A stretch of 60,726 nt of DNA, filler included, from Squatina squatina (lineage: Eukaryota), in the NCBI GenBank assembly GCA_031763465.1. It is 3 parts of 3 records of this genome, joined end to end, with 100 filler letters (N's around TTAATTAATTAA, not from the genome) between each part and the next. Parts side by side here need not be neighbours in the genome. Positions count along the whole stretch, not along the records: positions 1 to 16,937 come from JARFOE010000004.1; positions 17,038 to 40,864 come from JARFOE010000194.1; 1 more part is not named here. The stretch is one strand, 5' to 3'. This document shows positions 12,448 through 25,778 of the stretch, piece after piece; position 1 is the stretch's first letter; each line of letters opens with the position of its first letter. A program made the translations under genes and the position numbers. Below the pieces are notes generated by a model that saw nothing but the letters and a program-made list of their open reading frames with translations, was not told the origin of the DNA and made no database searches.

Positions 12448-13147
12448 GTGAGAAGCTGGTCAGTACTGCTTTCTTGTGCTGTGATATNNNNNNNNNNNNN
12501 NNNNNNNNNNNNNNNNNNNNNNNNNNNNNNNNNNNNNNNNNNNNNNNNNNNNNNNNNNNNNNNNNNNNNNNNNNNNNNNNNNNNNNNTATGTTTTGCAGT
12601 CGGGCTTAAAGGTATTTTGGAAAAAAAAAGTTAATTTCAGGCCTGCTCATCAGTAAAGGTATCTACAGATAATTTCAATTGATGTCACATCATATTTTCT
12701 GTATGAATGTATGGATTTTTGATGCTTTTTGGAAAAATAAAGTGTCAAATTTTATTGATACTGTTTTAAAAATGGGTGTCTTGAGTTTTACATTGTTACA
12801 TTTAAGCCTTGCAGAGTTACTAATTTATCACTGCGCACCATGTAGATAAACATGATTATAAATGTCAATCTACATTTCAAAAGAAGATACAATGTACCAC
12901 TTTTCTAAGTCAAATGGAAACAATGAAACTTGTTAAATCAAATGAAACAACCTTGTTACATATATTATGATTGTGTCTGACAAAATGTTCAAAACCTGAG
13001 CATCTCCTATAATGGCCTCCATGAAGATAGCAGATTTAGCATGGGCACACTAGAAAAGTGAAACAGGTATTACTGACTTTCTCGAAGGAATTGAAAGCTA
13101 CCTACAATTGACAGCAGCAGAAGAATGTGAAATTTGAAGCTATATAA

Positions 13148-13383
13148 AGTGGAGATATTTGCTGATGATTTCACAGTGTTCAGTTCCATTCACAACTCCT
13201 CAGATAATGAAGCAGTCCATGCCCACATGCAGCAGGATCTGGACGACATTCAGGCTTGGGCTGATAAGTCGCAAGTAACATTTGCACCACACAAGTGTCA
13301 GACAATGACTATCTCCAACAAATGAGAGTCTAACCACCGTCCCTTGACATTCAACGGGATTGCCATCGCCGAATCCCCCATCG
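13148..13383 (+). mobile_element. CR1-clade LINE RT fragment (second family)
   Basis: FADDFTVFSSIHNSSDNEAVHAHMQQDLDDIQAWADKSQVTFAPHKCQTMTISNK carries the RT FADD motif. Confidence 0.85.
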
Positions 13384-14507
13384 NNNNNNNNNNNNNNNNN
13401 NNNNNNNNNNNNNNNNNNNNNNNNNNNNNNNNNNNNNNNNNNNNNNNNNNNNNNNNNNNNNNNNNNNNNNNNNNNNNNNNNNNAATATTTGAGGTGCAAC
13501 GCAAAGAAATTGTCCAGTCTTTCCGGCCCCAACCCATCCTCATTTAAATGCAACAGTCAAGGATTGGGTGACTGAGATGCCTGTCAGTGTAAGGGGGAGA
13601 AGTTACCGCAGTGCTGGCGGGGGTAGGGATCCAGTGATGGCCTCCAGTTCCATTTTTTTTACTGCAAGAGTGTAAAGGAAACCCCGTCCTGTGCTCTCCA
13701 ATGACTCTGTTATACACCTAATATCTTAGATGTAATGAATTGAAGCCTCTACACTTATCTTGTCTGTACACATCCAGGTTAAGTTTATTAGATTTTAAGT
13801 CTACATAAGCTTTATGCAGTATTTAGTTACGAGTACAACTAAGTATGACATGGCATGAGTAGTTATACTCAGGAAGCTGTCGGTACATCTTTATTATTTA
13901 TCTGAAATGTCAAAACGCGGAGAATAAACAAATAAAGCATTCTTGTTACAATATTCAAGCCTGCTGTAAATACTTTCTTCGGTTCAGCGGTGTAAATTAT
14001 TCCCTTAAGCAGTCTGAATATTGACTTACACTGCCTTGAATCTACTTGCACTATAGTATAACCCAGGGATATAACAATATCCCCTTGTGATCTGAACTTC
14101 ATATCTTTTGTATGTGTATTTCTTCAATCTCCCCAAAGGTAGACTGAGTGAACAGTTGGTCAGATGAGACTCGATATAGAACAATAGTTATGATTGGATT
14201 CACTTATTTCCATCAATACAATTTGTTTTAACATAATTATATAAATATAATGAACTCCATACACTACCCCACTTCAGTAGGTTGTTTTACATAAAGCTAA
14301 CTTATTACCTCCTCTCCCTGTATTCCATCTTTTACACATCCCTTTGATGCTTGGTTGCCCCTAGTTTTTACAACTCTCTCTTTTCTTACAAATAACTGAC
14401 TCCAGTGNNNNNNNNNNNNNNNNNNNNNNNNNNNNNNNNNNNNNNNNNNNNNNNNNNNNNNNNNNNNNNNNNNNNNNNNNNNNNNNNNNNNNNNNNNNNN
14501 NNNNNNN

Positions 14508-15092
14508 GTAAAGGGGTTAACGTGCGCGCACCCAACGTATGTAGAGCAGGCAGGTCATGACAGCAATCAGTGTGCAATGCCGATTTGATGCTATTGCTGC
14601 CATTTTGGAGCTCCGCAATCCAGCCGACGGCCTCTCTTAATGTCACACAGCTGAACACACATTAAGCAACGCTATTTAAAGGGATCATCAACCACTTACA
14701 GGTTAGTTGCTGGTATATTTCTTCTGTCTGTTGCTACAATCCTACACGTTTTTGATGCTTTCCACTGTTGTTTCAAGTTTCAAAAGCCTACAGGGAGAGG
14801 TGTGGCAGGTGCTGAAGTACTTTTTGCTGACTTCAAGGCATCTTCACAAACCAGTTGATCCCAGACATGGGTGCGCCAGTTGGCCTTTCTCTTGGAATCG
14901 AGCATGACTGGGAAAATGAACAGAGGCCACGCAGAGCAGGACAAGCCGCTAGAAGAGGGAGGAGGAGGAGGGGAGAAGGGCTCTCAGCAGGAGGCCGTAT
15001 TTGCTCAGGCTGTTCAGGGAGTGATTCTCCTAGTTGAACCTTAGTGACGACCAATGTTCGAGACGTCTGCGCTTCACTGAGGAAGGCGGCAT
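14508..15092 (+). mobile_element. PIF/Harbinger transposon 5' region with decayed transposase N-terminus
   Basis: TATTTAAAG box, then MGAPVGL..RRGRRR/RRALSRRPY..FRE*FS*LNLSDDQCSRRLRFTEE, which matches the HARBI1-like N-terminal pattern (RRPY..V.R...SYL.LS..QC.RRLRF). Confidence 0.65.
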
Positions 15093-15263
15093 TGTAAGTG
15101 GTTCGCTCGGCCGTACCAAGAGCAAGCCTCTCACTTTAATACAGAGTTCGGACCAGTGGGACTACTAAAGTCAAATGACTCAGACACGGTTTTCGGCCTC
15201 AACCGTGTGTGCTTTATTATAACAACAATCAATGTGGTGCAGTTCACTGCAGTACAGTACAGT
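15093..15263 (-). mobile_element. Possible LTR 3' end (R/U5) interrupting the Harbinger copy
   Basis: On the minus strand, AATAAA lies ~120 nt before a ...CACTTACA end exactly where transposase similarity stops. Confidence 0.35.
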
Positions 15264-16308
15264 NNNNNNNNNNNNNNNNNNNNNNNNNNNNNNNNNNNNN
15301 NNNNNNNNNNNNNNNNNNNNNNNNNNNNNNNNNNNNNNNNNNNNNNNNNNNNNNNNNNNNNNNCTGCTCTCAGGTTGGCACTTGCTGGCGACTTATTTCT
15401 GAGTATTGCTGTGATTAAATGGCAACTAACTTTGGTTTGATCAATTTCAAATCAAATTTCATTTGTAAAATGGCGTAAGGCTCTGAAATGGTATTTTAAC
15501 ATGTACTAATAGGTACGTCGGTGCAAACAGATAGCCAGGATAATGCAGGCAGGACAGCGGTCTGATTAAACTCAACTCCAGTTTCTGTGCAGCTAGAAGC
15601 GTGGGTGTAGAACAAGGCATTTCTTGTGTTGCTGTACATCTGCTCTGCTTAAAGAGTATTGCATTATTACAGGTAATTGTTCAGAATAGGTCGTTGAGAT
15701 AAGGATTGTTTTAATATAATGAGAGAGGACTTTGTGCAGTGTAACCAGCTTAGAGCAAAGTCACTGGAGCCACAGTATTACTTTGTATGCAATTTTTGCT
15801 GTATCAAGATTACTTAACTTTTTTTGTCTGACAACACTTTGCTGTTCCCCAGCCCACCTACCCAGCGCTGCTGTGGCCATCTGTATCCCAATGATCTGTA
15901 TGAAACTATTAGCTGGTACACTCATTGACTGATGTAAATTAAGCATACACTTCTCTGACTGAAACTCCAAGTAAGTTTCAAACAGGTATTGAAACTTCAA
16001 ACATGCTTTAACAAGTAGTCCCTGAACCTTTGAGAGCAGCCAAGTTTGTTACACTGGGTGTGAAAGGATTGTGCCAGTTGGTCCTTAATAGCTGCCATTT
16101 CACCGTGATCATTTAATTCTGGTCAAACAACAGGAGACAAGCTCATTCTTCTGAAGAATTTTATAAGGGTTTTCTTTACAAGGGGTTTCCACTGTATATA
16201 TTTCTGGTGTGTATTCCCTGCTGTTCAGAATTATAATACTGTTTTTTTCTTTCCCCATAGGTACGGAAATTCAACCCTGGATAGCATTTAGTATTCAATT
16301 CTGCTAAT

Positions 16309-16752
16309 ATGAACTTGTCTTCCCGCATCTCTTCCTTGGGTGATGAATACAGATCTGAGGATTATGTTGAGCCTCACTATAAGGAATGGTACCGATTAGC
16401 TATTGATACATTAGCAGATGAAGGTATTCTTGCCTATAAAGAATTTCTAGCACAAGAAGGATTGAGTGAGTTCTTGGCTGAGGAAGAGCTTTATTTCATC
16501 AAAGACAACATTAGGAAAATCTCTCCGTCAATCACAGCCCATACTCTCGAGAACAATAATGATGGCTCCTCCTCTGGCACGTACTGGCCTGTTCAGTCTG
16601 ATACAGATGCTCCTGATTTAGACTTGGGATGGCCTTATGTTATAAAAGGCTTAGAGACGGAAAGCAAAATTGATCTACGTTTTCATCCGCCTCGAGACAA
16701 CTCGCCTACAATCAAGGAGATAATAAGGAAACTGATAAAGAATGGACGGCAG
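16309..16752 (+). CDS. FAM83B: FAM83B first coding exon (DUF1669 N-terminus)
   Basis: MNLSSRISSLGDEYRSEDYVEPHYKEWYRLAID..FLAEEE..SSGTYWPVQSDTDAPDLDLGWP..FHPPR..TIKEIIRKLIK. Acceptor at 16260 and donor cag|gt after 148 codons. Confidence 0.93.
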
Positions 16753-16981
16753 GTCCCAAAATGATTTAATAATACAATAAATGTTACACTGAAATTAAGG
16801 TATATGGACACGATAGGCCGAATAGCATGCTTCTGTGCCGTAAATTTCTATGGTTCTATGAACTGACTGTTGTGACAAGGTTATTGCTAAGGTTAAGAAT
16901 GGGCTTTGGTAGAAAACATGGCAAGCTCAGCAGAAAGNNNNNNNNNNNNNNNNNNNNNNNNNNNNNNNNNNNNNNNNNNNN

Positions 16982-16993
16982 TTAATTAATTAA
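16982..16993. other. Artificial six-frame-stop spacer TTAATTAATTAA inside a 100-nt N gap
   Basis: 44 N + TTAATTAATTAA + 44 N; identical construct at 40909-40920. Confidence 0.9.
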
Positions 16994-17079
16994 NNNNNNN
17001 NNNNNNNNNNNNNNNNNNNNNNNNNNNNNNNNNNNNNTCTATGTTTCTATGTAACATAGGGATGATATGGGATTAGATT

Positions 17080-17420
17080 TAATGGTAGATAAGATGTGGA
17101 TAGCAGAGATTTTTGGAGAAGTTGCAACTTGTGGGAGAATCCAAAACTAGAGACTATAAATACAAGATAGTCACTAATAAATCCAATAAGGAACTCAGGA
17201 GAACCTTCTTCACTCAGAGTGGTGAGAATGTGGTACTCGCTACCACATGGAGTGGTTGAAGCAAATAGAAGAGATGCATTTAAAGGGAAGCTAGATAAGT
17301 ACATGGTGGAGAAAAGAGTAGAAGGATATGTTGATTGGGTGAGATGAAGTAAGGTGGGAGGAGGCTCGTGTGGACCATAAATAGGCCTATTGGGTTGAGT
17401 GGCTTGTTTCTGTGCATTGG
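17080..17420 (+). mobile_element. CR1/HER1-like LINE 3' fragment
   Basis: FFTQRVVRMW..LPHGVVEANRRDAFKGKLDKYM-like ORF2 end plus 3' UTR. Confidence 0.8.
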
Positions 17421-17740
17421 CGGTGAGGTAGGGATGCGAGCAGGCAATGCAATGGGAATAGGCACTATTAGAAGTGGCTCTGATGTGGTATTTGCAGCTC
17501 AGCTTATGGTCAAGCAGGACACCAAAGTACACACACCAGGCTTAGTCTGAGCAAGCTGCCAGAGAGAGGAAGGAAGTATAGAGCTTAAAGGGTTGGGTTT
17601 TTGGTTGGAGCCAAACCGGCTGGCTTCATTCGTACTGATGTTGAGTTGAAGGGTCTTTCTCATCCAGGATTTAACAAGGGTTAAGCAGTTGAGCAGCACA
17701 GTGTTAGTTAAGGACTCAGGTGGTGTCAGAGAGGAAACAA
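17421..17740 (-). mobile_element. L2-clade LINE fragment
   Basis: FGVLLDHKLSCKYHIRATSNSAYSHC.IACSHPYLT resembles the L2 post-RT motif (LGV.FD..LSF..HI..ITK.AYFHLRNIA). Similar fragment at ~37340-37480 (+). Confidence 0.55.
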
Positions 17741-19212
17741 CTATAGCAGAATTATATTGTAGAATATAGTGACCATTGTAGTGACCATATGGATGTTGTG
17801 TTCAATTTGTTATTGCCAAAACCACTTTACACGGAATATTATTCTTTTGCCAGCACTTGTAATAATCAATAGTGTCAATTGTACTGGTTACTTTTCAGGG
17901 CTGTTCAATAATTTAATCACTGCTTGATCAGGAGCTTTCTGCTACACTGTTTTTAACTACAGTATGAGGGTCATATCACTGAGTCAATAGAGATATAATA
18001 TTATTGATCTAGCCAAAACAAAATGTAACATAAAATTGTGACAGAATTTAGTTCATGTAAACAAGCTGCCATTGCCTGCCAGTGTCCTGTAGAGTTGGGA
18101 TAGTGGCAGCACAATGCAAGGAAAAGACTGTTACTGAGCAAAAAGGAGTCTGAATCAATCACAAGGGGAGTGTTAGAGAATCTTATTCAATACCGTTCGT
18201 TATCTGAGTTTTTAATGTGGATCTTCCTGGAGCAGATTGTGTTATCACAAGAAATGTAAGCACATGAGGAGCAGGAAGGAAAGCAAAGGAGCATGGTCAG
18301 TAGAGAAGAAGTAATAATTGTTGACGGGGGCAATTGAGGCCATTTTTTTAAGGGAATAAAGCAAAACAAAAAGAGATTAAAAAATCAATCCTCTGAGAAA
18401 ACAGGCACAGCTATGTGTTGAACATGCAGATCAACATGCAGAACATGCCAGAGAGTAAAAATAGTTTGGAAATAGTTGAATATTTAATCCTGTTTGAAGA
18501 CTGGGGACCTGGAGGATCTCAGGATACTTAACTTTACCTATTCTGCATAGTCGGATATAATGATCATTTACACTATTTGCTCAATTGAATACTGTATCTG
18601 GATTCTGCTGTAGGCCTTTTCTTCCTTGAATATAGCTCATCTCAATTAAGTATAATGTATACTGGGCACAAAATGTCCTTTAATTCAATTGCAGATTATT
18701 TCTTCATTAACTTGAAATAGTCTTTTTGACTGGTAGCTCACATTAAGGATATGAAGTACACACCTAATATATGTTGTCCCTGCGAAAACTTCCTTTCAAA
18801 CGCTGCAGAATTCCGCTCAGTATATTCCCCCAAGCAGCTCAGGAGTGCATATGTGGACCTGGGATCNNNNNNNNNNNNNNNNNNNNNNNNNNNNNNNNNN
18901 NNNNNNNNNNNNNNNNNNNNNNNNNNNNNNNNNNNNNNNNNNNNNNNNNNNNNNNNNNNNNNNNNNAAATATAAACTAACAATGTTCAGGGATCTTGGTT
19001 AAAAAAAAATTATTTGGAAATAAAATCCTTTTATTAATCTTCAGCTTTTAGCTGAGGTAATGCAGTAGCAAACAATTTTAACTCTTGATTTTTTTGTTGT
19101 TCAATTACTTGCTGTCGACGTCGCCCTTGCATTTCGTCGGAGCTCGCCCCCTGCCTGCCCCACAGCACAGTCCTGTTAGATTGGATCAAGCCAGGGGCAA
19201 GTCATCTCAAAG

Positions 19213-19330
19213 TAGGGTGAACAGACATCCTGGTTTTGCCGGGGCAGTTCCTGTTTTTCTTGAGGAAGTGCCCCGGTGTCCCGGCACTTACCTCAAAAGC
19301 GCTCCCAAATGCCCCGGTTTTTCGCGCTGA
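19213..19330. mobile_element. Degenerate hAT-Blackjack-like element end
   Basis: TAGGGTGAACAGACATCCTGGTTTTGCCGGGGCAGTTCCTGTTTTT resembles the same TIR family as 191-218. Confidence 0.45.
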
Positions 19331-19767
19331 AGAACGCACCGCGCACGCGCAGCCTGATTGTCCTGGTTTGGGACTCTGCCGATCTGCTCACCCTATCTCG
19401 AAGGCTAACGGCAAAGAAAATGCAAAAGGAAGCCCCCTCGGAATTAGGCTGTCTGAACAGCTTTGGGAAGCTGCGAATTAGTAAAAGGGGAACATTACAA
19501 CCACACGGAGGGACACCGCAAGGGATCACAAGATTCTGGGAGACACTTAAAAACATAAAGATCTCCTTTTGCAAACAATATAAAGGCAATGTAGTTAAAA
19601 TGATACTTTTTTTTGGTCTCCTATTTGCTTTCCCGTTTATGTGGCGGAATTCCTTCTCTCGGTAATTAATCTCGTTTATATAACATATAGCGAAGGTCTT
19701 ATTACTCCCCGTCCTTATCTTTCCGTCTGATCCCCGACGTTTTTTTTTGGCAATCTGTTGGTTCATG

Positions 19768-20030
19768 ACTCACCCCGTCCCGTGTGCATCGTCAGAGCTC
19801 CCGAAGCAGGCCGGTGAGTCAGCACTGAGCTGTCGCCATTTTGAGAGCCGATCCCTCCAGCTGGTGTTGCTGCTTTGCACTGCTCGTAATTAACCAGAAA
19901 GTACACTCCTGGCCGGGTCCGAAGGCTTTCCTTCGTAAAGATCCAGGGTGTTTGTAAAGTTGGCAGGATACGCGTGACGCCCTTGGGTGCAGGCGTAGAA
20001 AGTCGCCTTGCAATCTTCAAAGTGTCACGG
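19768..20030 (-). promoter_or_regulatory. CpG-rich promoter and first exon of an unidentified minus-strand gene
   Basis: Local CpG enrichment in an otherwise CpG-poor region. YY1 motif CAAAATGGCG (19843-19834) opens uORF MATAQC*. Consensus donor GG|GTGAGT at 19773-19768. Confidence 0.5.
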
Positions 20031-20504
20031 CCTGGTTTTATTTATTAAAGCAACAACGCAAAAAAAAGATCTGCCCGAGCCCTGGGTGAAAATAGTGCGC
20101 AGGCTTATTGAATTTCACTCATGATGCACCTTTAAAAGGTTGTAAAGATCCAACTTCTAATTGGCAGCTAGTACCGTAAGGCCTTACAGACTCATGGGAG
20201 GCCTGGGACGATGACGGGAGATGTAAGGCCCTGCTTGCCTCTCCTATTTAGGGGATTAGCAATGGGACTGTTGACTTCTTTATAAGAAGGGTTGACTGTA
20301 TCAGGGATGTTCTCTGCTTCCATATTCCCACCAGGCACTGAGAGTACATATTGGGATTTTGTATGCTCACAGCCTGTGATATTCGATCTGTTAAAATAAA
20401 TTGATAGAATACCTGCAGACCTTTCGAGGTGCCGCATTCCCAGGTCCCACCCTACACAAGGCACCGGGTGATTCTCACACTGTGACCTTCCTTTCCAGTA
20501 GAAT

Positions 20505-21310
20505 TATTGCATAGAATTACACAGAATGTACAGCACAGAAACAGACCATTCCGCCCAACTGGTCTGACACTGTGCCAGTGTTTATGCTCCACACGAGCCT
20601 CCTCCCACCCCTCTTCATCTCATCTCATCGGCATATCCTTCTATTCCTTTCTCCCTCATGTGTTTATCCAGCTTCCCTTTAAATGCATCTCTCCTATCCA
20701 CTTCAACCACTCCCTGTGGGAGCGAGTTCCACATTCTCACCACTCTCTGGGTAAAGAAGTTTCTCCTGAATTTCCGATTGGATTTATTACATAGGGTTCC
20801 ATTGCATAGGATATACGGCACAGAAACAGGCCATTCAGCCCAACCAGCCCATGCTGGCATTTACACTCCACTCAAGTCTCCTCCCGTCTTTCCTCATCTA
20901 AATCTATCAGCATAACCCTCTATTCCCTTCTCCCTCATGTGCTTGTCTAGCCTCCCCTTAAATGCATCTATACTATTTGCTTCAACCACTCCCTGTGGTA
21001 GCAAGTTCCACATTCTCACCACTCTCTGGGGAAAGAGGTTTCTTCTGAATTCCCTATTGGATTTCTTAGTGACTATCTTATGTTGACGGCCTCTAGTTGT
21101 GCTTTTCCCCACAAGGGGCAACATTCTCTCTGTATCCACTTTATCAAAACCTTGCATAATTTTAAAGACCTCGATTAGGTCACCCCTCAGCCACCTTTTT
21201 TCAAGAGAAAAGAAGCCCAGTCTGTTCATCCTTTCCTGATGGGGATACCATCATATTTTTAGCATCATCCTTGTAAATTTTCTCTGCACCCTCTCCAGTG
21301 CCTCTATATA
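20505..21310 (-). mobile_element. Two adjacent CR1/HER1-like LINE 3' fragments
   Basis: ORFs 20615-20860 and 20894-21229: LFSLEKR.LRGDLIEVFKI..GFDKVD..RRNFFTQRVVRMWNSLPQGVVE..FKGKLDKHM. Confidence 0.9.
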
Positions 21311-22731
21311 TCCAGACCTTTCCCAGATAATTGTAAAATGTACCCTTGTATTTATCTACATAAATATCTTGTGTCTATCCCATCTCAGAGGTCCCACTTA
21401 AAATTGTAAAAAATATTTTTAAAAAGGAGAAAGACAGTCATTTTTTGTGGGTTTCTTCTGTCTTGCAGCATGAAATCTATAAGCATCTTCCAATCTGCAA
21501 ACTTCTCTCACCAACAGCAATTAACCACTAATTGGCCACAGAATTTAAAGGAGATATATTTTGTGGTATTGAATATACAGACCACATTGACAGCGAAGTA
21601 CCATCTGTTACCTGGTGTTACTATTAAACGGGTTATCTAACACTTCTGTCCTTATTAAAATGACTCATCAGCCACCTGAGAGCAAGGTCATGGGGAAATC
21701 TACTAGTATAATGCAATCTTCAGGTTTAATCAGAAGGTTAAGGGTTAAGCAGAATAACTTTTTTTAAAAAAGCACAGTCAAATTTTAATCATAGTACTGA
21801 GTGTTGAATTCCACAAGGTACATGCACAATGAGCGATGCATTAAAGATGATTAAGAATTATTTTTAATGAGTTTAGTTGGTATACCATTGGTCTCCGAAG
21901 CAATTATGTCAGCAATTCCAGTCACTTTATTCCTATGCTGAGCCTACAATTTAGAAATAGTACCCAATTTGAGAATAATTTTCTAAAACAGCAATAGAAC
22001 ATGACATGAAACATTCGAGAAAATACTTTGTAAAGTAAACTCTACTGCTTGTTTCTGAATTTATCATTAGTTACCCACAATTTTATCCAAACAGAATTGA
22101 ATTGTAACAAATTAATTTTTACACTGATTTGTAGATGGCTCAACTAATTAATAGCTTTTATTAAATTTGTAACATTTAAGTTTCTACCAAATGTTTTGGT
22201 GCACAAGCCAAATCATTTCATCTTTAGCTCTTAGAACTTATGAGGTCAACAGTGTTATCGACAACTACTTTCAAACTATTCTTGGCTACAGGCAGTCCTT
22301 GTCAATTTTATGTTCCTAAATTTATTGAAATTGTACAATAACTTTCCATTGGAAGCCTGTGCCCAATTATCGATATATGTTCCTGGAACATGAGGTTCAT
22401 GATTCAGCCCAATAATTTTAGCCCCATTTGGTTTTAATGCCTCTAACCATCGATATTAATATTTAATCAATCGTCCATTATTCTGATTAATGTCCATGCT
22501 TTAATCATTGCTAAAAAGTTAACATTATTAACTATTACTATTTTAATACTTTGGAGTAAATCTTGACTTTGTTCCTAGTGTAAAGCGGGTGATAGTGAGT
22601 CGGCAGCCCGTTTTCCATCTTTCCCGTTTTTNNNNNNNNNNNNNNNNNNNNNNNNNNNNNNNNNNNNNNNNNNNNNNNNNNNNNNNNNNNNNNNNNNNNN
22701 NNNNNNNNNNNNNNNNNNNNNNNNNNNNNNN

Positions 22732-23478
22732 GAGGTTGTGTTAATGAGAGGGTTGTGTCACAGAAAGGTGTGTGTTACAGAGAGGTTGTGTTAATGAGAG
22801 GGTTGTGTTGCAGAAATGTGTGTGTTACAGAGAGGTGCGTGTTACAGAGAGGTGCGTGTTACAGAGAGAGTGTGTGTTACAGAGAGAGTGTGTGTTACAG
22901 AGAGAGTGTGTTACAGAGAGGGTGTGTTACAGAGAGAAGCGTGGTGCAGAGAGGGTTTGTTACAGGGAGGAGTTTGTTACAGAGATGGTGTGTTACAGAG
23001 AGGAGTGTGTTACAGCGAGGGTGCGTTATAAATATCAGTTTTACAGTGAGGGTGTGTTACAGAGAGGAGTGTGTTACAGAGAGGGTGCGTTACAAATATC
23101 AGTGTTACAGAGAGCAGCGTTTTACAGAGGGGACTGTGTTACAGAGAGCGTGGGTTGCAGAGAGGTTGTGTTACAGGGAGGTGTGTGTTACAGAGGGTGA
23201 GTTACAGAGAGAGTGATTTACAAGGAGTGTGTGTTACAGAGAGGAGTGAGTTACAGAGAGGAGTGAGTTACAGAGAGGAGTGAGTTACAGAGAGGGTGTG
23301 TTGCAGCGAGAGTGTGTTACAGAGAGGATTGTGTTACAGAGAAAGTGGATTGCAGAGAGGGTGTGTTACAGAAAGCAGTGTGTTCCAGAGAGGGAGTATT
23401 GCAGAAAGGTGTGTTTTACAGAAAGGGTGTGTTACAGAGTGGATTGTGTTAGAGAGGGAGTGTTACAGAGAGGAGTTG
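22732..23478. repeat. Degenerate minisatellite, core GTGTGTTACAGAGAG(G), ~15-19 bp
   Basis: About 40 copies of a TGTTACAGAGA core with variable purine-rich spacers. Confidence 0.9.
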
Positions 23479-25689
23479 CCAAAATTCATAAAATGGAAGC
23501 AGAATCAATGCTCTATTGTAAAAAGCAGTTTTCCCACAAGGAAGACACAAAAGAATATCCTGAACATTAAAAAATATATGTGTTTTTGGGGTAATGTAGG
23601 TCAATTTCAGGCAGAGAGGTTCTGCATGTTCACAGCAGTAACCTTTGCTCCAACCATATCAGGTTGCTTATGAAATCACTGATCCAGGACCCAGTGACAG
23701 AGATTGGATGTCAGCAACACAAGTGCTGTCAATCCGTGCATTCCATTAAATTAACTTCTTCCACCCAAAAATGTCAGCAACGTGCACTTTGTCTATCCAG
23801 GCAATTTGACAGTTCCTCTGCCCCAGGGTTTCCAAAGGGCCTGCAAGATCAGAGGAGACACACCTGTCCGACCAATTATACCTACCCAACAGGGGTGAAT
23901 TGGGGGCCACCTGGGAGTTCTTAAAAGGCCTTAAAATTAAAAATAAATTCGTCAATGCGACCAGCTGGATGCAGAATCACCCTCCCTCCCCCAGCCAAGC
24001 TACCTTCTGGCCTTATATCAATGGCGAGCACCCCAGGTGGGCCCATGGCGTGGCGCCTGCTGTTGATGTTACAATTTAGCGACCTCCACCCGATCCTGCA
24101 AGTTTTGGCAGGGCCAGCGGTGGATGTCACGAGTGTGTGAATTCCCCACCTCCTTGTTCAGACGTGGACACTTAGGGCCAAAACGTCCTTCGCTGTTGCT
24201 CTCTTTATGATGAAGAATGTGAAAGTGGAAACATCTTGGATACTTCTGCTGGTGAAATGGGGCAGGGCCTCAGTCAACTCCTCAATGCTTTGACATCTTA
24301 ACAAGCGAAGCACAGATGTTACGTTGTGGCTTCTGATAATGGAAATTAAGCAACTGATAGTATTTAACATTCATGACTGAAGTTACATTTTTCAAATTAT
24401 TTGACTCAGTGGGTGGCCATCAGCAAGCTGGCAAAAGTTGTCAAGGTCCAGATCAGCCAAACGTACTTCTCTGTAGGATACAACATTGTATATCAGGCAA
24501 CATAAGAGATGGATCAGAGATCAGATTGCTGTTACCTGCGTATCCAGCATATTGATTACTAATGGATGGATGGATGGACACTTGGTTAGCAGTGGAATCT
24601 TGATTAGCAATTGCTGAAAATTGGTTTTGACAGTATAAAAATCCAGACTCATTGTTAAAAATTAATTGGACACTGCTGTCACATCACATCTTCTGTTCAA
24701 GTCCCAAGTTGGAAAAACTGACAGTCACCATTTTGATGTTGGGAGGCGGGATTTAAAAATGGTGGTGTTATGATTTTATCAGAGAAAAAGAGCTATTCAC
24801 GGGGACGTGATCTTAATAAAAGGTGGTTCCTGCATATTAAAATGGGAGCAATCGCGTTAACCCAGAAAAAATAAAATCAGTGAATGAATAAAAATCATGG
24901 GGACATATGATAACTGGCCATTTTATATAGGTGTGACAATTCATTGCTTCTAATAACAGTGATGTGGGTAAGTTTCTTTTTGCGATCCATTTATTACATT
25001 TTCCTACTGGGGCTTTGGTATCAATCAATAATTAAAATGGACAGAAGAGGAACCTGAAATCCCATGTTACTGATCTGGCCAATTCAATAAAACGCTTAAA
25101 TTCTCAGGTTCAGCAGAATAGTGATTACAGTGTAATTCTATCCCTTTAAAAGGATGTTACACCTTTTGTATTTTCCTCTTTAAGACAAAGGGCAAGAGTG
25201 ATGTGATATTTTTAACAGCTTTGAATCATTTAATATCATTCCCCCAGCAGTACCTTTTCATTTGAGGTTTATCATACAACTGACTTCCCCCCCACCCACC
25301 GCAGTGCTCTTTCTGATTCTCTCAGCAGAAGAAAGAAAAAAAGTTTTTGCACTGATTTATGTTTGACCTGAATGTACAAAGCAAAACTTTTTTTTTTTTA
25401 ATTGCTCTTTGTGTAATGTTTCACTCGCAGAGATATCATCTATGTTTTTCTTCTTTATTTTCAAACATTTGCAGCTTTTAGACACTTTCCCTGTGATGCA
25501 GGATATTTCAACAGTATTCTAGGCAAGCCAGTTCTTTGCAATTGCAGAAAATANNNNNNNNNNNNNNNNNNNNNNNNNNNNNNNNNNNNNNNNNNNNNNN
25601 NNNNNNNNNNNNNNNNNNNNNNNNNNNNNNNNNNNNNNNNNNNNNNNNNNNNNCTTCAGCATTTCAGCTGAAAGAAAGTATCTCTAAGT

Positions 25690-25722
25690 AGTGGAGTAGG
25701 ACTCGAACCTACAACCTTCTGA
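25690..25722 (-). mobile_element. tRNA-derived SINE head remnant (B box)
   Basis: Minus strand GTCAGAAGGTTGTAGGTTCGAGTCCTACTCC contains a Pol III B box (GGTTCGANNCC). Confidence 0.45.
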
Positions 25723-25778
25723 CATGGCTTAATGTATTCATGTTGTTTCTTTCGGGTAGATTTTCAACTTGCCGCCTA

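Noticed and set aside
12600-12656. Possible MLIP terminal exon (SGLKVFWKKK..)
   Set aside because: Only a partial acceptor next to a gap and no recognisable similarity.
22755-23673. Cys/Arg/Val-rich repetitive ORFs
   Set aside because: Translations of the TGTTACAGAGA minisatellite in all three frames.
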